From positions 64,001 through 128,000 of the forward strand of contig CAVXTH010000009.1 of the NCBI GenBank assembly GCA_963764625.1: a stretch of 64,000 nucleotides of DNA, written 5' to 3'. This DNA comes from Candidatus Krumholzibacteriota bacterium (lineage in GTDB: Bacteria > Krumholzibacteriota > Krumholzibacteriia > JAJRXK01). Both the position numbers and the translations under genes were made by a program. Below the pieces are notes generated by a model. That model saw nothing but the letters and a program-made list of their open reading frames with translations, ran no database searches and was not told where the DNA came from. Positions 1 through 10,410 of this stretch are shown here, piece after piece. Each line of letters opens with the position of its first letter. Position 1 is the stretch's first letter.

Positions 1-399
1 TGGCACCACGATCGCAATTGTCGCCAAAACCAGAAGTACCAGGACGAAGAGCTTGTAGCGGGCATTGTAGGTTCCCAGCAACTCGTCGTCGTAGTACTTA
101 GCGACGTCGTTGTCCTCGTACATTCTTCTGAGTCCCTGGAGCAACCTCTCCCGTGACGAGCGACCGGCGATCAGCGCACGGGTGGCGAAGATGTTGATGA
201 GGACGGTGCCAACGATCAGTAGACCCAAGATGAAGTCGTTGCGGGCTGGGTCATGACCTCCTGAAGCGGAGCTTGCCACACCCCAGTTGATGCCCAGAAC
301 CACGAGGTTGAACAGGACGGCCGAGACGACGAAAACTGTATCAGTCTTTGCATTCTGCTGCAGTTCGCTCACGATGTGATCGTGGATCTCCTTGAGCAT
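1..399 (-). CDS. Hypothetical membrane protein, about 3 TM segments; runs off the window edge
   Basis: Not in the ORF track. Read manually from ATG at 399 after GGGAAAGGGG: MLKEIHDHIVSELQQNAKTDTVFVVSAVLFNLVVLGINWG...LFVLVLLVLATIAIVVP, open for 133 codons to position 1. Confidence 0.8.
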   Translation of the reverse strand, partial: MLKEIHDHIVSELQQNAKTDTVFVVSAVLFNLVVLGINWGVASSASGGHDPARNDFILGLLIVGTVLINIFATRALIAGRSSRERLLQGLRRMYEDNDVAKYYDDELLGTYNARYKLFVLVLLVLATIAIVVP

Positions 400-702
400 G
401 ATCGCCCCTTTCCCATTCGACATCGAGGTCTCGTACGGAACCAGATTCTATCCTCGTTTGCTCTCAGTCATCAATCATCGTCCTTTGGTCCTGATCCACT
501 CGGGATCTTCCGGATAAGCTCCACCTGCGGACTTGTGTGAGGTTCTTTTGGACCGCGGGCTTCGCGCGTCCATCAATTCCGCCCAGCCCCTTCTTCGTGT
601 GCTAGGATGGGATCGACCTCTCCCCCTGGACTCCACCGTTGAGTCCCCGCCCAAGAACCTGAACTCTCATCGCTGCATCAACCTTCTCCCTGGAGGGTCC
701 GC

Positions 703-3336
703 ATGAGTCGTGTCTCATTCCATCTCTCCTTTCTCACCATTTTGGCCTCGGCGTTCGCCCTCCTCTTCGTCTGGCCGGAGGACTCCAAGCGCTTGGACAC
801 CAGTGCAATTGGAGAACCAGATGGTCCGGAGGCGATCGAAGGTTTCTTCTCCCATTGGTTCGGCGAACTCGGGTTTCCCATGAGCATCCAGGCCCGCAAC
901 GACTTGCACGACGGCTATTTGCGACTCGCAAGCGAAGCACTCCCTACCACGCCCTCGCAGAAACTTGGGGGCAGCTGGCAATACATGGGTCCCGAAGTCA
1001 TCCAGTCGGGCGAGGCGTACTCCCACCAAAGTTACTCGATGGGGCGCGTCGCCTACTTCGAAGATCTGCCGGGATACTCTCGCTACCGGGTCGCCGCTCC
1101 CACCGGAGGACTCTGGGAGGTCGACCAGGATCCCGGACATCCCGTTCCCCTGTCCGACACCATCGAGGTGCCATTTGGACTCGTGGCGGGTGCTTTCGCC
1201 ACGGATCCAACGAACGAAGATGTCATCATCCTTGGGTCGGGTGTGTTCGGCTATGCAAATGGGTCAGGTCTCTGGAGAACCGTTGACCGAGGAGCGAACT
1301 GGACTTTGATTACGGTCAGTGCGAATCCGTATTACGAACCCACGATCTTCTATCGCATTCGGTTTGACCCGTCGAACCCAAGCCGCGTGCACCTGGCGAC
1401 CGACAAGGGCTACTGGCTTTCGACCGACGGCGGTCTGAGCTACGACAAGAAGCTCGATGGAAGCGAAACGGACATTGCGTTCATTCCCTCCTTGCCCAAC
1501 GTGGTGTATACGGCAAATGCGACAGCCGCTGACAGCAGCGGGATCTACTTCTCGGACAATAATGGGGACACTTTCGTGCATCTCGTGGGAGGGGGAGTCC
1601 CGGCCGGGGATGTGCGAAGAACGTCGATTGCAGTGGGCCCTACCGAGATCGGGGGGAGTCCTACGAAACTCTACGTGTCCGTCGATCGTGTGGGGGGACC
1701 CGCAATATACAGTTCAGTCGACGGCGCGAACTGGAACGACATCACGCCGGCGAACACAAATGGATTGATTCGCGGAAACTACAACAACGCGATCACCGCC
1801 GATCCGATCGTTCCCGGATACCTACTGGTCGGCTGGGTGAATCTATACTGGTCGATCGACGACGGTGCCTCCTGGCAAATTGCCAGTGGCTTACACTCGG
1901 ATTTCCATGCGCTGGGTTGGGATGACGAAGTCACACTCATCGTCGGCAATGACGCGGGACTGCAGCAAGGCAATATTCCGGGTCCTGGATCCACCGATTT
2001 TAATTGGCTCGCGCCCACGTGGTATCCCATTGCGCAGCTTTACGAATCGGATGTGTCGCCCAGCGATGGCGAGTGCGCGATCTTCGGGATGCAGGACAAC
2101 GGAATTGCCACCACCCGCCGGTTGATCAACGACGGAGGGTATAGCTACTGGGCGCGCGGGGGGGACGCGGGCAGCGTCGCACTCGACCCGATTTGTTGGG
2201 GGCCATGGTGGGCTGTCGATGTCACCAATGCTGCCAGCTATCCCGACCCGGATGGACTCAACTTCCGCAACTACACTTCGAAGGATCTGGGAGTGACCTT
2301 TCAGGAGAGCAGTAGCGGAATTCAGCCGTCGCTCAAATTCATCCGCCACGTGCGCAGTCCGAGGGTACCCGCCCAAGGGCGTCGCATCGTCACCTACTCG
2401 GAGGACAAGGTCTATGGTTCGACCGACGCCGGTCAAAACTGGACCGAGCTGAATGTAACCCCTTTCGATGGACAGGTTCAGGACCTGTCGATCTCGGACA
2501 CAGTCGGTGACAATGTCTGGGCGGTCACGAACAAAGACGATGTCGGTTTCAATGAGCGCATTCTCTATCGGAGCTCCAATGGCACCTGGTTCGAACGCTC
2601 GCAGACTTTGCCTAACAAAATACAAGTGGTGCGCATTGCGCCGGCCGACCCCTATGGCAATCGCCCGGACGAGGTGTATGCCCTGATTGGCCCCGGCACG
2701 AGCACAGGAGCGGCTGCGGGGAACCGCCTGTTCTTCACCGACGATGCCGGGCTCAACTGGCAGAATCTCACGGGAAATCTCCCGGCCGAGCTACCCATCT
2801 TCGATCTCATCGAGAATTGGACCAACCCCGACATTCTCTATTTGGCCACGGCAGCGGGGGTCTTGCGCACCACTGACCGCGGGATCACATGGGTCCGCTG
2901 GAATAACGGCTGGCCCGAAGCGGTCATCGTGACGCGGATGATCGTGAACTACCCCGACTACGGTCGTGGCTTCCTCTACGCCACGACCTACGGGCGGGGC
3001 ATGTGGCGGAGAGATATCTCCGATGACATGACGATCTCCACTGGGGCGCCCGAAGTGAATTCCACCAGCATCGCGTTGCGAGTCCGCGACAACCCGGCGT
3101 ACGGCGATGCGCGTTTCGAATACGAGCTTCCCAAAGCGGCTCCCGTGAGTCTCGAGATCTACGACCTGCGTGGACGACTCGTCCGCCGACTCGAGACCAG
3201 CGGCCTCGTCGGAGTCAATCAGTTGGCTTGGGCGGGCCGAGACGAGCACGGAAGAATCGTGGGAAATGGGGTGTACTTCGCGGTGCTGCGTACCCCGGTC
3301 GGCACGACGAATACGCGGTTCGTCCTCACCCGCTGA
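703..3336 (+). CDS. Secreted BNR/Asp-box beta-propeller protein (VPS10/GH74-like) with C-terminal FlgD-Ig/T9SS-like CTD
   Basis: N-terminal hydrophobic segment; repeated Asp-box motifs (RTVDRGANW, STDGGLSY, SIDDGASW, STDAGQNW, TDDAGLNW, TTDRGITW); C-terminus 'DNP...LEIYDLRGRLVRRL...WAGRDEHGRIVGNGVYF...FVLTR'; GGAGGG RBS. Confidence 0.8.
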   Translation: MSRVSFHLSFLTILASAFALLFVWPEDSKRLDTSAIGEPDGPEAIEGFFSHWFGELGFPMSIQARNDLHDGYLRLASEALPTTPSQKLGGSWQYMGPEVIQSGEAYSHQSYSMGRVAYFEDLPGYSRYRVAAPTGGLWEVDQDPGHPVPLSDTIEVPFGLVAGAFATDPTNEDVIILGSGVFGYANGSGLWRTVDRGANWTLITVSANPYYEPTIFYRIRFDPSNPSRVHLATDKGYWLSTDGGLSYDKKLDGSETDIAFIPSLPNVVYTANATAADSSGIYFSDNNGDTFVHLVGGGVPAGDVRRTSIAVGPTEIGGSPTKLYVSVDRVGGPAIYSSVDGANWNDITPANTNGLIRGNYNNAITADPIVPGYLLVGWVNLYWSIDDGASWQIASGLHSDFHALGWDDEVTLIVGNDAGLQQGNIPGPGSTDFNWLAPTWYPIAQLYESDVSPSDGECAIFGMQDNGIATTRRLINDGGYSYWARGGDAGSVALDPICWGPWWAVDVTNAASYPDPDGLNFRNYTSKDLGVTFQESSSGIQPSLKFIRHVRSPRVPAQGRRIVTYSEDKVYGSTDAGQNWTELNVTPFDGQVQDLSISDTVGDNVWAVTNKDDVGFNERILYRSSNGTWFERSQTLPNKIQVVRIAPADPYGNRPDEVYALIGPGTSTGAAAGNRLFFTDDAGLNWQNLTGNLPAELPIFDLIENWTNPDILYLATAAGVLRTTDRGITWVRWNNGWPEAVIVTRMIVNYPDYGRGFLYATTYGRGMWRRDISDDMTISTGAPEVNSTSIALRVRDNPAYGDARFEYELPKAAPVSLEIYDLRGRLVRRLETSGLVGVNQLAWAGRDEHGRIVGNGVYFAVLRTPVGTTNTRFVLTR

Positions 3337-3441
3337 TCGGGAATAGCTGACCGGCGCAATTCGCGGCTACCGGCGTTGCGCTGTGACCATCGGTGACAAT
3401 GTTGAGGGTATCCGGGTCTTTCGAAGGAATTCGATTGAAAG

Positions 3442-4986
3442 GTGGTGAGGGCCGCGAACCGTCGTACAGCATATCGGCTTGGATGGGCTCTGGTGCTCGG
3501 AGTCGCTCTGTGGTTGCGGTTGCGCGCGCTTCATCCCTACGGCTATACCTCTGACGGTTGTGAATACGTCATTGCTCTCCGCCGGGGCTATCTCCCGCAC
3601 TCACCTTACGTGCTCTATTACTGGATCGGCTGGCTGCTGCATCGCGTCTTTCCCGCCGACATCGCGCTTTCCGTGTTGAGTTTTTGCGCGGGCGTGGCCG
3701 CTCCTTTCGTGCTCGGTTGGTTAGTGAAGCGAGTCACGAGGAGTTCTTGGGCAGGGCTCGTCGCTGCGGCGGTGTATGCGATGTCCCCGCTGTGTGTGGC
3801 GGGCACCGGAATCATCGAAGTCTATCCACTTCAGGTTACACTTCTGCTCCTGGGCTTGGCGGTGACCGCGGGTTTGGGACCGCGGGCTGCCTTTACCGGA
3901 GCGTTTATTTACGGCGCGGCAATCGCGGCGCATTCGGGTTCGCTGTTTGCTTTTCCCGCTTTCGTCTATCTGTTGGTTCGGAAACCATCCATCTCGCTGC
4001 GACCGAACGAGTCACCCTCGAGTTGGCAGCGTCCCCTCGCTGCGATCGCGGGCATCGTGATCGTTCCCGCGTTGGGCGCGAGCTGGCTGGCGCTGCTGTT
4101 TCTTCACTCCTCGCACGTGAGCCCTTGGTCGGACTGGCTGGTGTACCTGCGTGGGATCGCACCGTCGCCCACCCTCACTCTTGCCGCCTTCCTCACGCTC
4201 CCGCGGGAAATCGTGCACACTGTGGCGCGCATGCTCGATGCCACCTTCGGTTGGCGGATCGTTCCCGGTTTTCTGCTCCTGGCCTGCGCTGCCGCCGCGT
4301 GGAGGAAGCACAGGAACTCCTTCTATCTGTGGCTGGCCTTGAGCGCGCCCTACCTGATCTACGAGAGCCTGATCCACGAGGTCTTGGATCGAGGAATCTA
4401 TACGGTCTTCGCGGTTCCGGCGATGGCGGGCCTGATTAGCTGTGGTGTGTACGAGCTCTTCAGAAATCGCCGGATAGAGTCGTCGCGGATCAACCGCGTA
4501 GCCGCATCGGTGGCAGTGGTGATGTTGATGGCCGGACCTCTCGCAAAGTCGTTCGCGAGTGGTAGAAACGTTCTCTCACGGAAAGAGTTCTTCCAGCAGG
4601 ATCTCCTTCGGGACGCACGTTGGATGGCGACCCACCTTTCTCAAGAGTCCTATGTTTTGCTGAGCCCATCGCTGGAGCGACCCTATTGGCTTGCGTGCTA
4701 CTCGCAGCTGCGCGGCATGACCTACCGCCACGGACAGTATCGCCGCTTCGTGGGGGAGCGTTGGGCGCCCCTCAACGCCACTTCGTTTCGACCGCTCACA
4801 CGGAACGACCTGCGCGCGATCCTGGACAACGGGATCGCGGTGGTGAGCGTGGTCGAAGATTCTCAAATTGTCGAGCTGGCGTCGAGCGAGAGCGGGTCAG
4901 TCCACTATCGGTGGAAGCGACTCGGAGAGGACGGGATGGAGAAGCTCCCGACACTCTACTCCCTGGAGCGAAGCGCCGACGAGTGA
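3442..4986 (+). CDS. Polytopic membrane protein, probable GT-C fold glycosyltransferase (PMT/ArnT/DUF2723-like)
   Basis: About 11 hydrophobic helices; first loop 'TSDGCEY...LPHSPYVLYYW', 'AMSPL...IIEVYPL', 'AIAAHSG'; soluble C-terminal domain. Confidence 0.6.
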   Translation: MVRAANRRTAYRLGWALVLGVALWLRLRALHPYGYTSDGCEYVIALRRGYLPHSPYVLYYWIGWLLHRVFPADIALSVLSFCAGVAAPFVLGWLVKRVTRSSWAGLVAAAVYAMSPLCVAGTGIIEVYPLQVTLLLLGLAVTAGLGPRAAFTGAFIYGAAIAAHSGSLFAFPAFVYLLVRKPSISLRPNESPSSWQRPLAAIAGIVIVPALGASWLALLFLHSSHVSPWSDWLVYLRGIAPSPTLTLAAFLTLPREIVHTVARMLDATFGWRIVPGFLLLACAAAAWRKHRNSFYLWLALSAPYLIYESLIHEVLDRGIYTVFAVPAMAGLISCGVYELFRNRRIESSRINRVAASVAVVMLMAGPLAKSFASGRNVLSRKEFFQQDLLRDARWMATHLSQESYVLLSPSLERPYWLACYSQLRGMTYRHGQYRRFVGERWAPLNATSFRPLTRNDLRAILDNGIAVVSVVEDSQIVELASSESGSVHYRWKRLGEDGMEKLPTLYSLERSADE

Positions 4987-5019
4987 GCTTGCGCGCACCC
5001 GAGCCGCAGAGCGAGATCT

Positions 5020-5745
5020 TCAATCCGCGAGGTAGTACTCAACGGTCGAGACCACACGGACTCTCTTGATGTGAGGATTGTTCTGGTCGCGGTCGCTGAT
5101 GGTGAACTGTCCCTGGGACGCCCGCTTGATCTTGCCGACGGTGCTATTGGAATCATGGGCGAACTTCTCGGCCACTTCGCGGGCATTGCGGGTGGCTTCC
5201 TCGATCATCGCGGGCTTGATGTCGTTCAGCTTGGTGAAGATGTACTGAGTCCGACTCTGGAAGTCGTCTCCCTTGAGAACGATACCGTCCTTTCCCAGCT
5301 CCGAAACTGCGGTTAGTGCAGTCCTGACAGTATCTACTTTCTCAGTGTATACGGTCACCGCCTGGCTCGCAGTAAAGCGCAGGGCGACGCTCTGCTGACC
5401 GCCGTATTGCTGGGCCAGCTTGTCGGTGATCGAGGGAGGGCTGACCGTGATCTCCTCGCGCTCGAAACCGTGCTTGAGGAGAAACGCGACGACCTGCTTC
5501 GTCTTGGTGTCCAGAGAGCTGTAGAGCTGGCCCAGGTCGTTGTTGGCGTCGGTGAAGGTGACCGGCCACAGGGCCACGTCGGCCTTGACCTCACGTTCGG
5601 CCAGTCCTTTGACGGTGACGACGCGATCGAGCTTCTTGACCCGCAGCGCACTGTTCCCCAGTACGATTCCCAGTACCACGAGTCCGGCGCCAATGCAGAG
5701 ACCCAGAGCCAAGGGTCCACGCATACTCTTCTCGTTCATGGACAA
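5020..5745 (-). CDS. SIMPL domain (DUF541) protein
   Basis: N-terminal TM; 'RVVTVKGLAEREVKADVALWP', 'KLNDIKPAMIEEATRNAREVAEKFAHDS', 'IKRASQGQFTI', 'KRVRVVSTVEYYL'. Confidence 0.9.
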   Translation of the reverse strand: MSMNEKSMRGPLALGLCIGAGLVVLGIVLGNSALRVKKLDRVVTVKGLAEREVKADVALWPVTFTDANNDLGQLYSSLDTKTKQVVAFLLKHGFEREEITVSPPSITDKLAQQYGGQQSVALRFTASQAVTVYTEKVDTVRTALTAVSELGKDGIVLKGDDFQSRTQYIFTKLNDIKPAMIEEATRNAREVAEKFAHDSNSTVGKIKRASQGQFTISDRDQNNPHIKRVRVVSTVEYYLAD

Positions 5746-5803
5746 TCTCCTGATTCAGGTTCTGGGAAAGATAGTACCTCGCTGAGGGTACGGCACTTCG
5801 TCT

Positions 5804-7528
5804 CTAGAGACTGTAGTGCAGGATTGCCGCCGGGCTACCCACTGCGAAAACATCACTGCCGGCACTTCCCCATGTGCTGTTGAGATTGTACCGAACGCCG
5901 AAATTCGTCCCGCTCCAAGTGCTCCCGTCGAAGTGAAGGATGATGCCGTTCGAGCCCACCGCAAAGACGTCGTTGGCTGAACTTCCCCATATGCCATGAA
6001 GACCAGTGAATACCCCGCTGCCCATCGGGTTCCACTGATTGCCGTCGTAGCGAAGAATGCTCCCGCTGTCTCCTACCGTAAACGCGTCGGCTTCTGAGGT
6101 TCCCCATACACCTTGGAGATTCCGCGTCGTACCGCTATTCATCGCGGTCCAACTGCTTCCGTCAAAATGCAGAATCGTTCCCTGGTCGCCAACCGCGAAT
6201 ACGTCACTTCCCGAGCTGCCCCACACTCCTCGAAGATCTTCACTCGTACCACTGCTCATCGTGCTCCAGGTATTTCCGTCATAGTGCAGAATGGTGCCGC
6301 TCAGGCCGGTCGTGAACACATCGCTGCCCGAGCTACCCCATAGGCTGAGGAGATCATGTGTCGTTCCGCTGGTCATCGGTTGCCAGGAGCTGCCAACGGC
6401 ACGAATGATCGTGCCCAACCTGCCCACGGCGAAGATATTAGTCGCCGAAGCCCCCCAGATGCCGTAGAGGTCCTGTCCGGTTCCGCTGGTATCTTCGCTC
6501 CAGGCGTTGCCATCGTAGTTCAAGATGACTCCGTTCGTACCCACTGCGAACACGGAGTTCGCTGAACTCCCCCAGACACTGGTGGCGATGAACGATCGCC
6601 CGCTGCTCATGCTCACCCATGTGCTTCCGGCGAAGTGCAGGATCGTATTGGAGACGCCAACCGCAAATACGTCATTGCTGCTGCTTCCCCACACGCCGTT
6701 GAGGCTCTGCGAAGTTCCACTGACCATTGCGTTCCAGGTATTGCCATCGTAGTGCAGAATCGCTCCGTTGAAACCAGCGGCGATCACGTTGGAGCTGCTG
6801 CTCCCCCACACATCGTAGAGACCCGCACTTGTCGAGCTGGTCATGGCGCTCCACGTGGACCCATCGTAGTGCAGAATCGTCCCACCGAAACCCACTGCGA
6901 ATATGTCGTTGGTCGAGTTCCCCCATACATCCCGGAGGGTTTGACTCGTGCCACTGGACATCCCGCTCCAAGTTGACCCGTCGTAGTGCCGAATCGTCCC
7001 ATTGGTGCCCACCGCGAAGATCTCATTTCCCGCACTTCCCCACATGGAGTGGATTTGTTCGGTCGTTCCGCTGGTCATTGCGCTCCAGCCACTTCCGTCA
7101 TAGTGCAGAATGGTACCGCTCGCACCAGCCGCGAAGATATTGCTGTGGGAGTTTCCCCAGATGGCGCCCAAATAATTGCTGGTGCCGCTGGTCATCGCCG
7201 TCCACGCGGTACCATCGTAGTGCACGATCGCGCCAAGACTTCCCACTGCGAAGACGTCACTGCCTGAAATCCCCCATAGATCATAGAGTTGTTTGGTCGT
7301 CCCGCTGGCCATCGTGCTCCAACCACTTCCGTCGTAATGCTGAATCTCACTCGTTTCGTTGACGGCAAACACGTCGCTGCCCGAACTTCCCCACACACTC
7401 TCGATCGCCGTACCGTTTTCTTGAACGCGCCACTGTGCGCTTGTCACCGGAGCAGCCGGATCACTGCTTCCACCGCATCCCACCAGCCCGGTGAACAACA
7501 CTCCCATGATCCATCTATTCCGTCGCAT
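5804..7528 (-). CDS. Lipoprotein made of 14 tandem 39-aa 'WGSS' beta-propeller repeats
   Basis: Lipobox LVGC; consensus L-x-x-V-W-G-S-S-x-x-D-V-F-A-V-G-x-x-G-T-I-L-H-Y-D-G-x-x-W-x-x-M-x-S-G-T counted 14 times. Confidence 0.85.
   Translation of the reverse strand: MRRNRWIMGVLFTGLVGCGGSSDPAAPVTSAQWRVQENGTAIESVWGSSGSDVFAVNETSEIQHYDGSGWSTMASGTTKQLYDLWGISGSDVFAVGSLGAIVHYDGTAWTAMTSGTSNYLGAIWGNSHSNIFAAGASGTILHYDGSGWSAMTSGTTEQIHSMWGSAGNEIFAVGTNGTIRHYDGSTWSGMSSGTSQTLRDVWGNSTNDIFAVGFGGTILHYDGSTWSAMTSSTSAGLYDVWGSSSSNVIAAGFNGAILHYDGNTWNAMVSGTSQSLNGVWGSSSNDVFAVGVSNTILHFAGSTWVSMSSGRSFIATSVWGSSANSVFAVGTNGVILNYDGNAWSEDTSGTGQDLYGIWGASATNIFAVGRLGTIIRAVGSSWQPMTSGTTHDLLSLWGSSGSDVFTTGLSGTILHYDGNTWSTMSSGTSEDLRGVWGSSGSDVFAVGDQGTILHFDGSSWTAMNSGTTRNLQGVWGTSEADAFTVGDSGSILRYDGNQWNPMGSGVFTGLHGIWGSSANDVFAVGSNGIILHFDGSTWSGTNFGVRYNLNSTWGSAGSDVFAVGSPAAILHYSL
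5807..7405 (-). repeat. Degenerate coding tandem repeat, about 117-bp unit x14
   Basis: Recurring gtagtgcagaat / ccccacac-like blocks at about 117-bp spacing, matching the 39-aa protein repeat. Confidence 0.8.
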
Positions 7529-7706
7529 GATTCAGCCCTCCGATTCTCCCAGGGACATACGGACATTTACCGCAGTTCATCATCCTTGTCTACGAGGCTT
7601 CGCGGGCCCAAGATAGTCTCCTCGTTGATCTGTAGTACGTTGCAAGTGGTCGAGAGTTAGACGATACTAAGCTCGCGCGACAATACTTCCACCGGAGGCG
7701 GTACCA

Positions 7707-8444
7707 GTGAAGAAGGGCGTGATTTTTGGAACGATGGCGGTGTTGGTCATCGTGATCGTCATCCTTGTGTCCCATCTCTTGTCCAACCTCAATTCCCTGG
7801 TCGCCAAGGCCATCGAGAAACATGGCAGCGAGGTTACCGAGACCACGGTCGGAGTCTCCGGTGTGGACATTTCTCTGCGCGAGGGACGGGGATCGATCGA
7901 AGGGTTGAAAATCGCCAGTCCGGAAGGCTTCAAGGCGAAGCAGGTATTCGAGCTCGGCGACATCACGGTCGATCTGGATCTCGGCAGCGTACGCAAGAAC
8001 CCGGTGGTGCTCGACGAAGTCCGGATTCAAGCGCCAGTGATCAACGTCGAGTTCGACAAGAAGGGGGCCTCGAACATCGACGAGCTGCGCAGACGGGTCC
8101 AGGCGTACACCGGGGAATCGAAGGGAAGCAGCGGGGGCGGCGAAAAGAAGATTCGCATCAAGTCGTTCGTGTTCGAGAAGGGCAGCATCACGGTGGATGC
8201 CGCCGCGCTCGGCATGGAGAAGAAGACCCTCACCTTGCCCGAAATTCACCTCACGGACGTGGGGGGTACGAACGGATCTACCGCCGCGGGAATCACCAAG
8301 GAAGTTCTCTCCACCGTGGCGAAGAACGTCACCTCCGAGCTGGCTCATTCGGAGATCGACCAGCTGATCCAGGACAAATTGGGCAATTCACTGCCGGATA
8401 AGGCAAAAAGCTTGCTAAAGAAACTGGAATCGGACGATAAGTAG
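7707..8444 (+). CDS. AsmA/DUF748-like periplasmic protein with N-terminal anchor
   Basis: TM anchor, then 'LNSLVAKAIEKHGSEVTETTVGVSGVDISL.EGRGSIEGLKIASPEGF' and 'LPEIHLTDVG'; GGAGG RBS before GTG. Confidence 0.7.
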   Translation: MKKGVIFGTMAVLVIVIVILVSHLLSNLNSLVAKAIEKHGSEVTETTVGVSGVDISLREGRGSIEGLKIASPEGFKAKQVFELGDITVDLDLGSVRKNPVVLDEVRIQAPVINVEFDKKGASNIDELRRRVQAYTGESKGSSGGGEKKIRIKSFVFEKGSITVDAAALGMEKKTLTLPEIHLTDVGGTNGSTAAGITKEVLSTVAKNVTSELAHSEIDQLIQDKLGNSLPDKAKSLLKKLESDDK

Positions 8445-8471
8445 TCTATCTTTTTCGGTGGAGGTAAAGCG

Positions 8472-9140
8472 ATGCGTTCCCGCTTGGCGAGAGTTTTCAT
8501 GCTGGTGGCACTGGCAGCGATGCTGTCGGTGGGGTCTCCCTCTTGGGCGCAAGTCCCGGGGACCAAGGTGGAGTTCGGTCTCAAGGTGGGGGCCAACTTC
8601 TCGGACATCAATACCGATCAAATCACTTCTTCGACGCGTTCGGGATTGGTGGGTGGCGTCTATCTCGATCTCGCTACCATCCTTCTGCATTTGCAGACCG
8701 AGGCGCTCATTTCCCAGCACGGTTTCAAGGGCGGAACCCCGCTCAGCAGCTACACGGGCAGCAACGAATTGGAATACCGCGACACGGCTCTACAAATTCC
8801 GGCCCTCGTCGTGCTCGCGTTGCCTACCCCAGTGCTCTCGCCCCGAGCCTACCTGGGTCCAGCCCTCAACATCCCACTCAAGAGCGAAGTGAAACTCGAC
8901 AACGACTGGGTTGACGTCAAAAAAGACATCAAGTCCACGTGGAGCCTGGTGTTCGGGGTTGGGGCGAAGTTCATGCGCGTGGGGGTCGATCTCCGCTACA
9001 GCATTGGTCTGTCTGCTCTCAACGATCGGCCAGTGGGTGACATCCTCAACGATGCGTTCGACGAGATCAACGGAGTCGACAAGTACGACGACATCAAAGA
9101 TCGCACCATCTCGTTCACGGTTTCGTACGCGTTGAACTAG
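8472..9140 (+). CDS. Outer-membrane beta-barrel, porin/PorT-like family
   Basis: Signal peptide; 'FGLKVGANFS', 'LQTEALISQHG', 'LQIPAL', 'VDLRYSIGL'; terminal strand 'ISFTVSY'. Confidence 0.75.
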   Translation: MRSRLARVFMLVALAAMLSVGSPSWAQVPGTKVEFGLKVGANFSDINTDQITSSTRSGLVGGVYLDLATILLHLQTEALISQHGFKGGTPLSSYTGSNELEYRDTALQIPALVVLALPTPVLSPRAYLGPALNIPLKSEVKLDNDWVDVKKDIKSTWSLVFGVGAKFMRVGVDLRYSIGLSALNDRPVGDILNDAFDEINGVDKYDDIKDRTISFTVSYALN

Positions 9141-9150
9141 AGACAAGGGC

Positions 9151-10410
9151 TCAGAAATACCGCGCCAGGCGAATCCAAACGGTTTGTGGCGGAGCCAGGT
9201 ACGCGTCCAGCAGCGCTAACCTGACTCCGCCGTATTCGCTCCCGCGCCCGCCGAGCGGAAGCTGCACTCCCGCGTCGAGATCGAGATCTTGCTGCAGGCT
9301 GTGGTGGAGGTGAAGCAGCAAGTAGATGCTTGCGTCATCGAGATTGACGAGCGCCGCCGGCTCCAGGGTCGTCAACGGTGACCACTCATAGCGCGCGCCG
9401 AGGGCGAGTTCGTGGCGGCCCAGATTGAAGAGTTCGCCACGGTCGAGTCGTCGAAGCAATGCGGGCGAGAGCGTCTCGATCTCTCCATCCAGGGAACGCG
9501 TCCCGAATCCGTTGCGGAAGAACTCGAGGTACGCCTCGAGGTTGCGTCCGCCCAAGATCCAGCTGCGGTCCAGGTTGGCGAGAAAGGAGACGACCACCTC
9601 TCCGTAATCCGGAAAGGTGGAAGTCAAGTCCCAACGCCAGACAGCTCCGGCCACGTTTCCACTCAAACCCAACCCCGTAACGGTGTCCTGGTAGTGACGG
9701 GCCGCGAGAAGCTCCAATTGCGAGGAACCGGCGAAGTGGCGCCACTTGAGAGCGGCGGAACTCTGGGCCAGCGTGAGCGGTTCGTTGCGATCGGCCCGTC
9801 GCGGGACCACGATCGCCTGGAGATCGTCTTCGCCAAGAAAGAGCCACTGCGCACTCGCCATGTCGATTCCCGGTTTGTACTCGGTGTCCAGAGCGTCGGG
9901 GGGAAAGGGGTCGAAGAGATCGAAGACATGAAAGAAAAGACCGCCGCCCCAGCTCAGGGCTTGCCTTCCCACGCGTAGAGCCAGCGCCCCCTTTGTGTAT
10001 CCCAGAGAGATGCGGTCCAGGCGCAAGTAGAGTTGGTGCCTGGGACCATCGCTGAGATTCCAGCTCAGATCGAAGACCTGTCGCGATTCGCTTGCGGCGG
10101 GCAGAAAGAGCTGCAGGGTTCCCGTGCCGGCGGGGTTCGATTCAGCTGATGAAGCCAACAAATTACCGTGCAGATAGTCGAGCTGCGTCTGAACCGTCAG
10201 ATTCCAGGGACCGTGGAGCCAGGCGAAGTTTTCCCGCACATCTAGGCTCTCCAGATCCGGGTGTCGACCAGCCGTAAGCGCTCCGGCATCGTCGGCGTGG
10301 TAGTTCTGCATCAGGCCTTGTACCTTGAGATGACCGCCGACTTTGGCGGCGCCCGCGCTCCGCGGGATGGCCAGCGCGTAGAGCAAGGCAGCGAACCAGA
10401 GGACGCGCAT
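9151..10410 (-). CDS. Putative outer-membrane beta-barrel of the LolA-like/ABC operon
   Basis: Signal peptide; 'LRLDRISLGY', 'RVGRQALSWGGG', 'DLFDPFPPDALDTEYKPGID', 'GGRGSEYG'; ends 'RYF'; translationally coupled to the ATPase gene. Confidence 0.7.
   Translation of the reverse strand: MRVLWFAALLYALAIPRSAGAAKVGGHLKVQGLMQNYHADDAGALTAGRHPDLESLDVRENFAWLHGPWNLTVQTQLDYLHGNLLASSAESNPAGTGTLQLFLPAASESRQVFDLSWNLSDGPRHQLYLRLDRISLGYTKGALALRVGRQALSWGGGLFFHVFDLFDPFPPDALDTEYKPGIDMASAQWLFLGEDDLQAIVVPRRADRNEPLTLAQSSAALKWRHFAGSSQLELLAARHYQDTVTGLGLSGNVAGAVWRWDLTSTFPDYGEVVVSFLANLDRSWILGGRNLEAYLEFFRNGFGTRSLDGEIETLSPALLRRLDRGELFNLGRHELALGARYEWSPLTTLEPAALVNLDDASIYLLLHLHHSLQQDLDLDAGVQLPLGGRGSEYGGVRLALLDAYLAPPQTVWIRLARYF

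Noticed and set aside
5807-7405. Periodic DNA repeats as a CRISPR array
   Set aside because: Degenerate in-frame coding repeats with no unique spacers and no cas genes.
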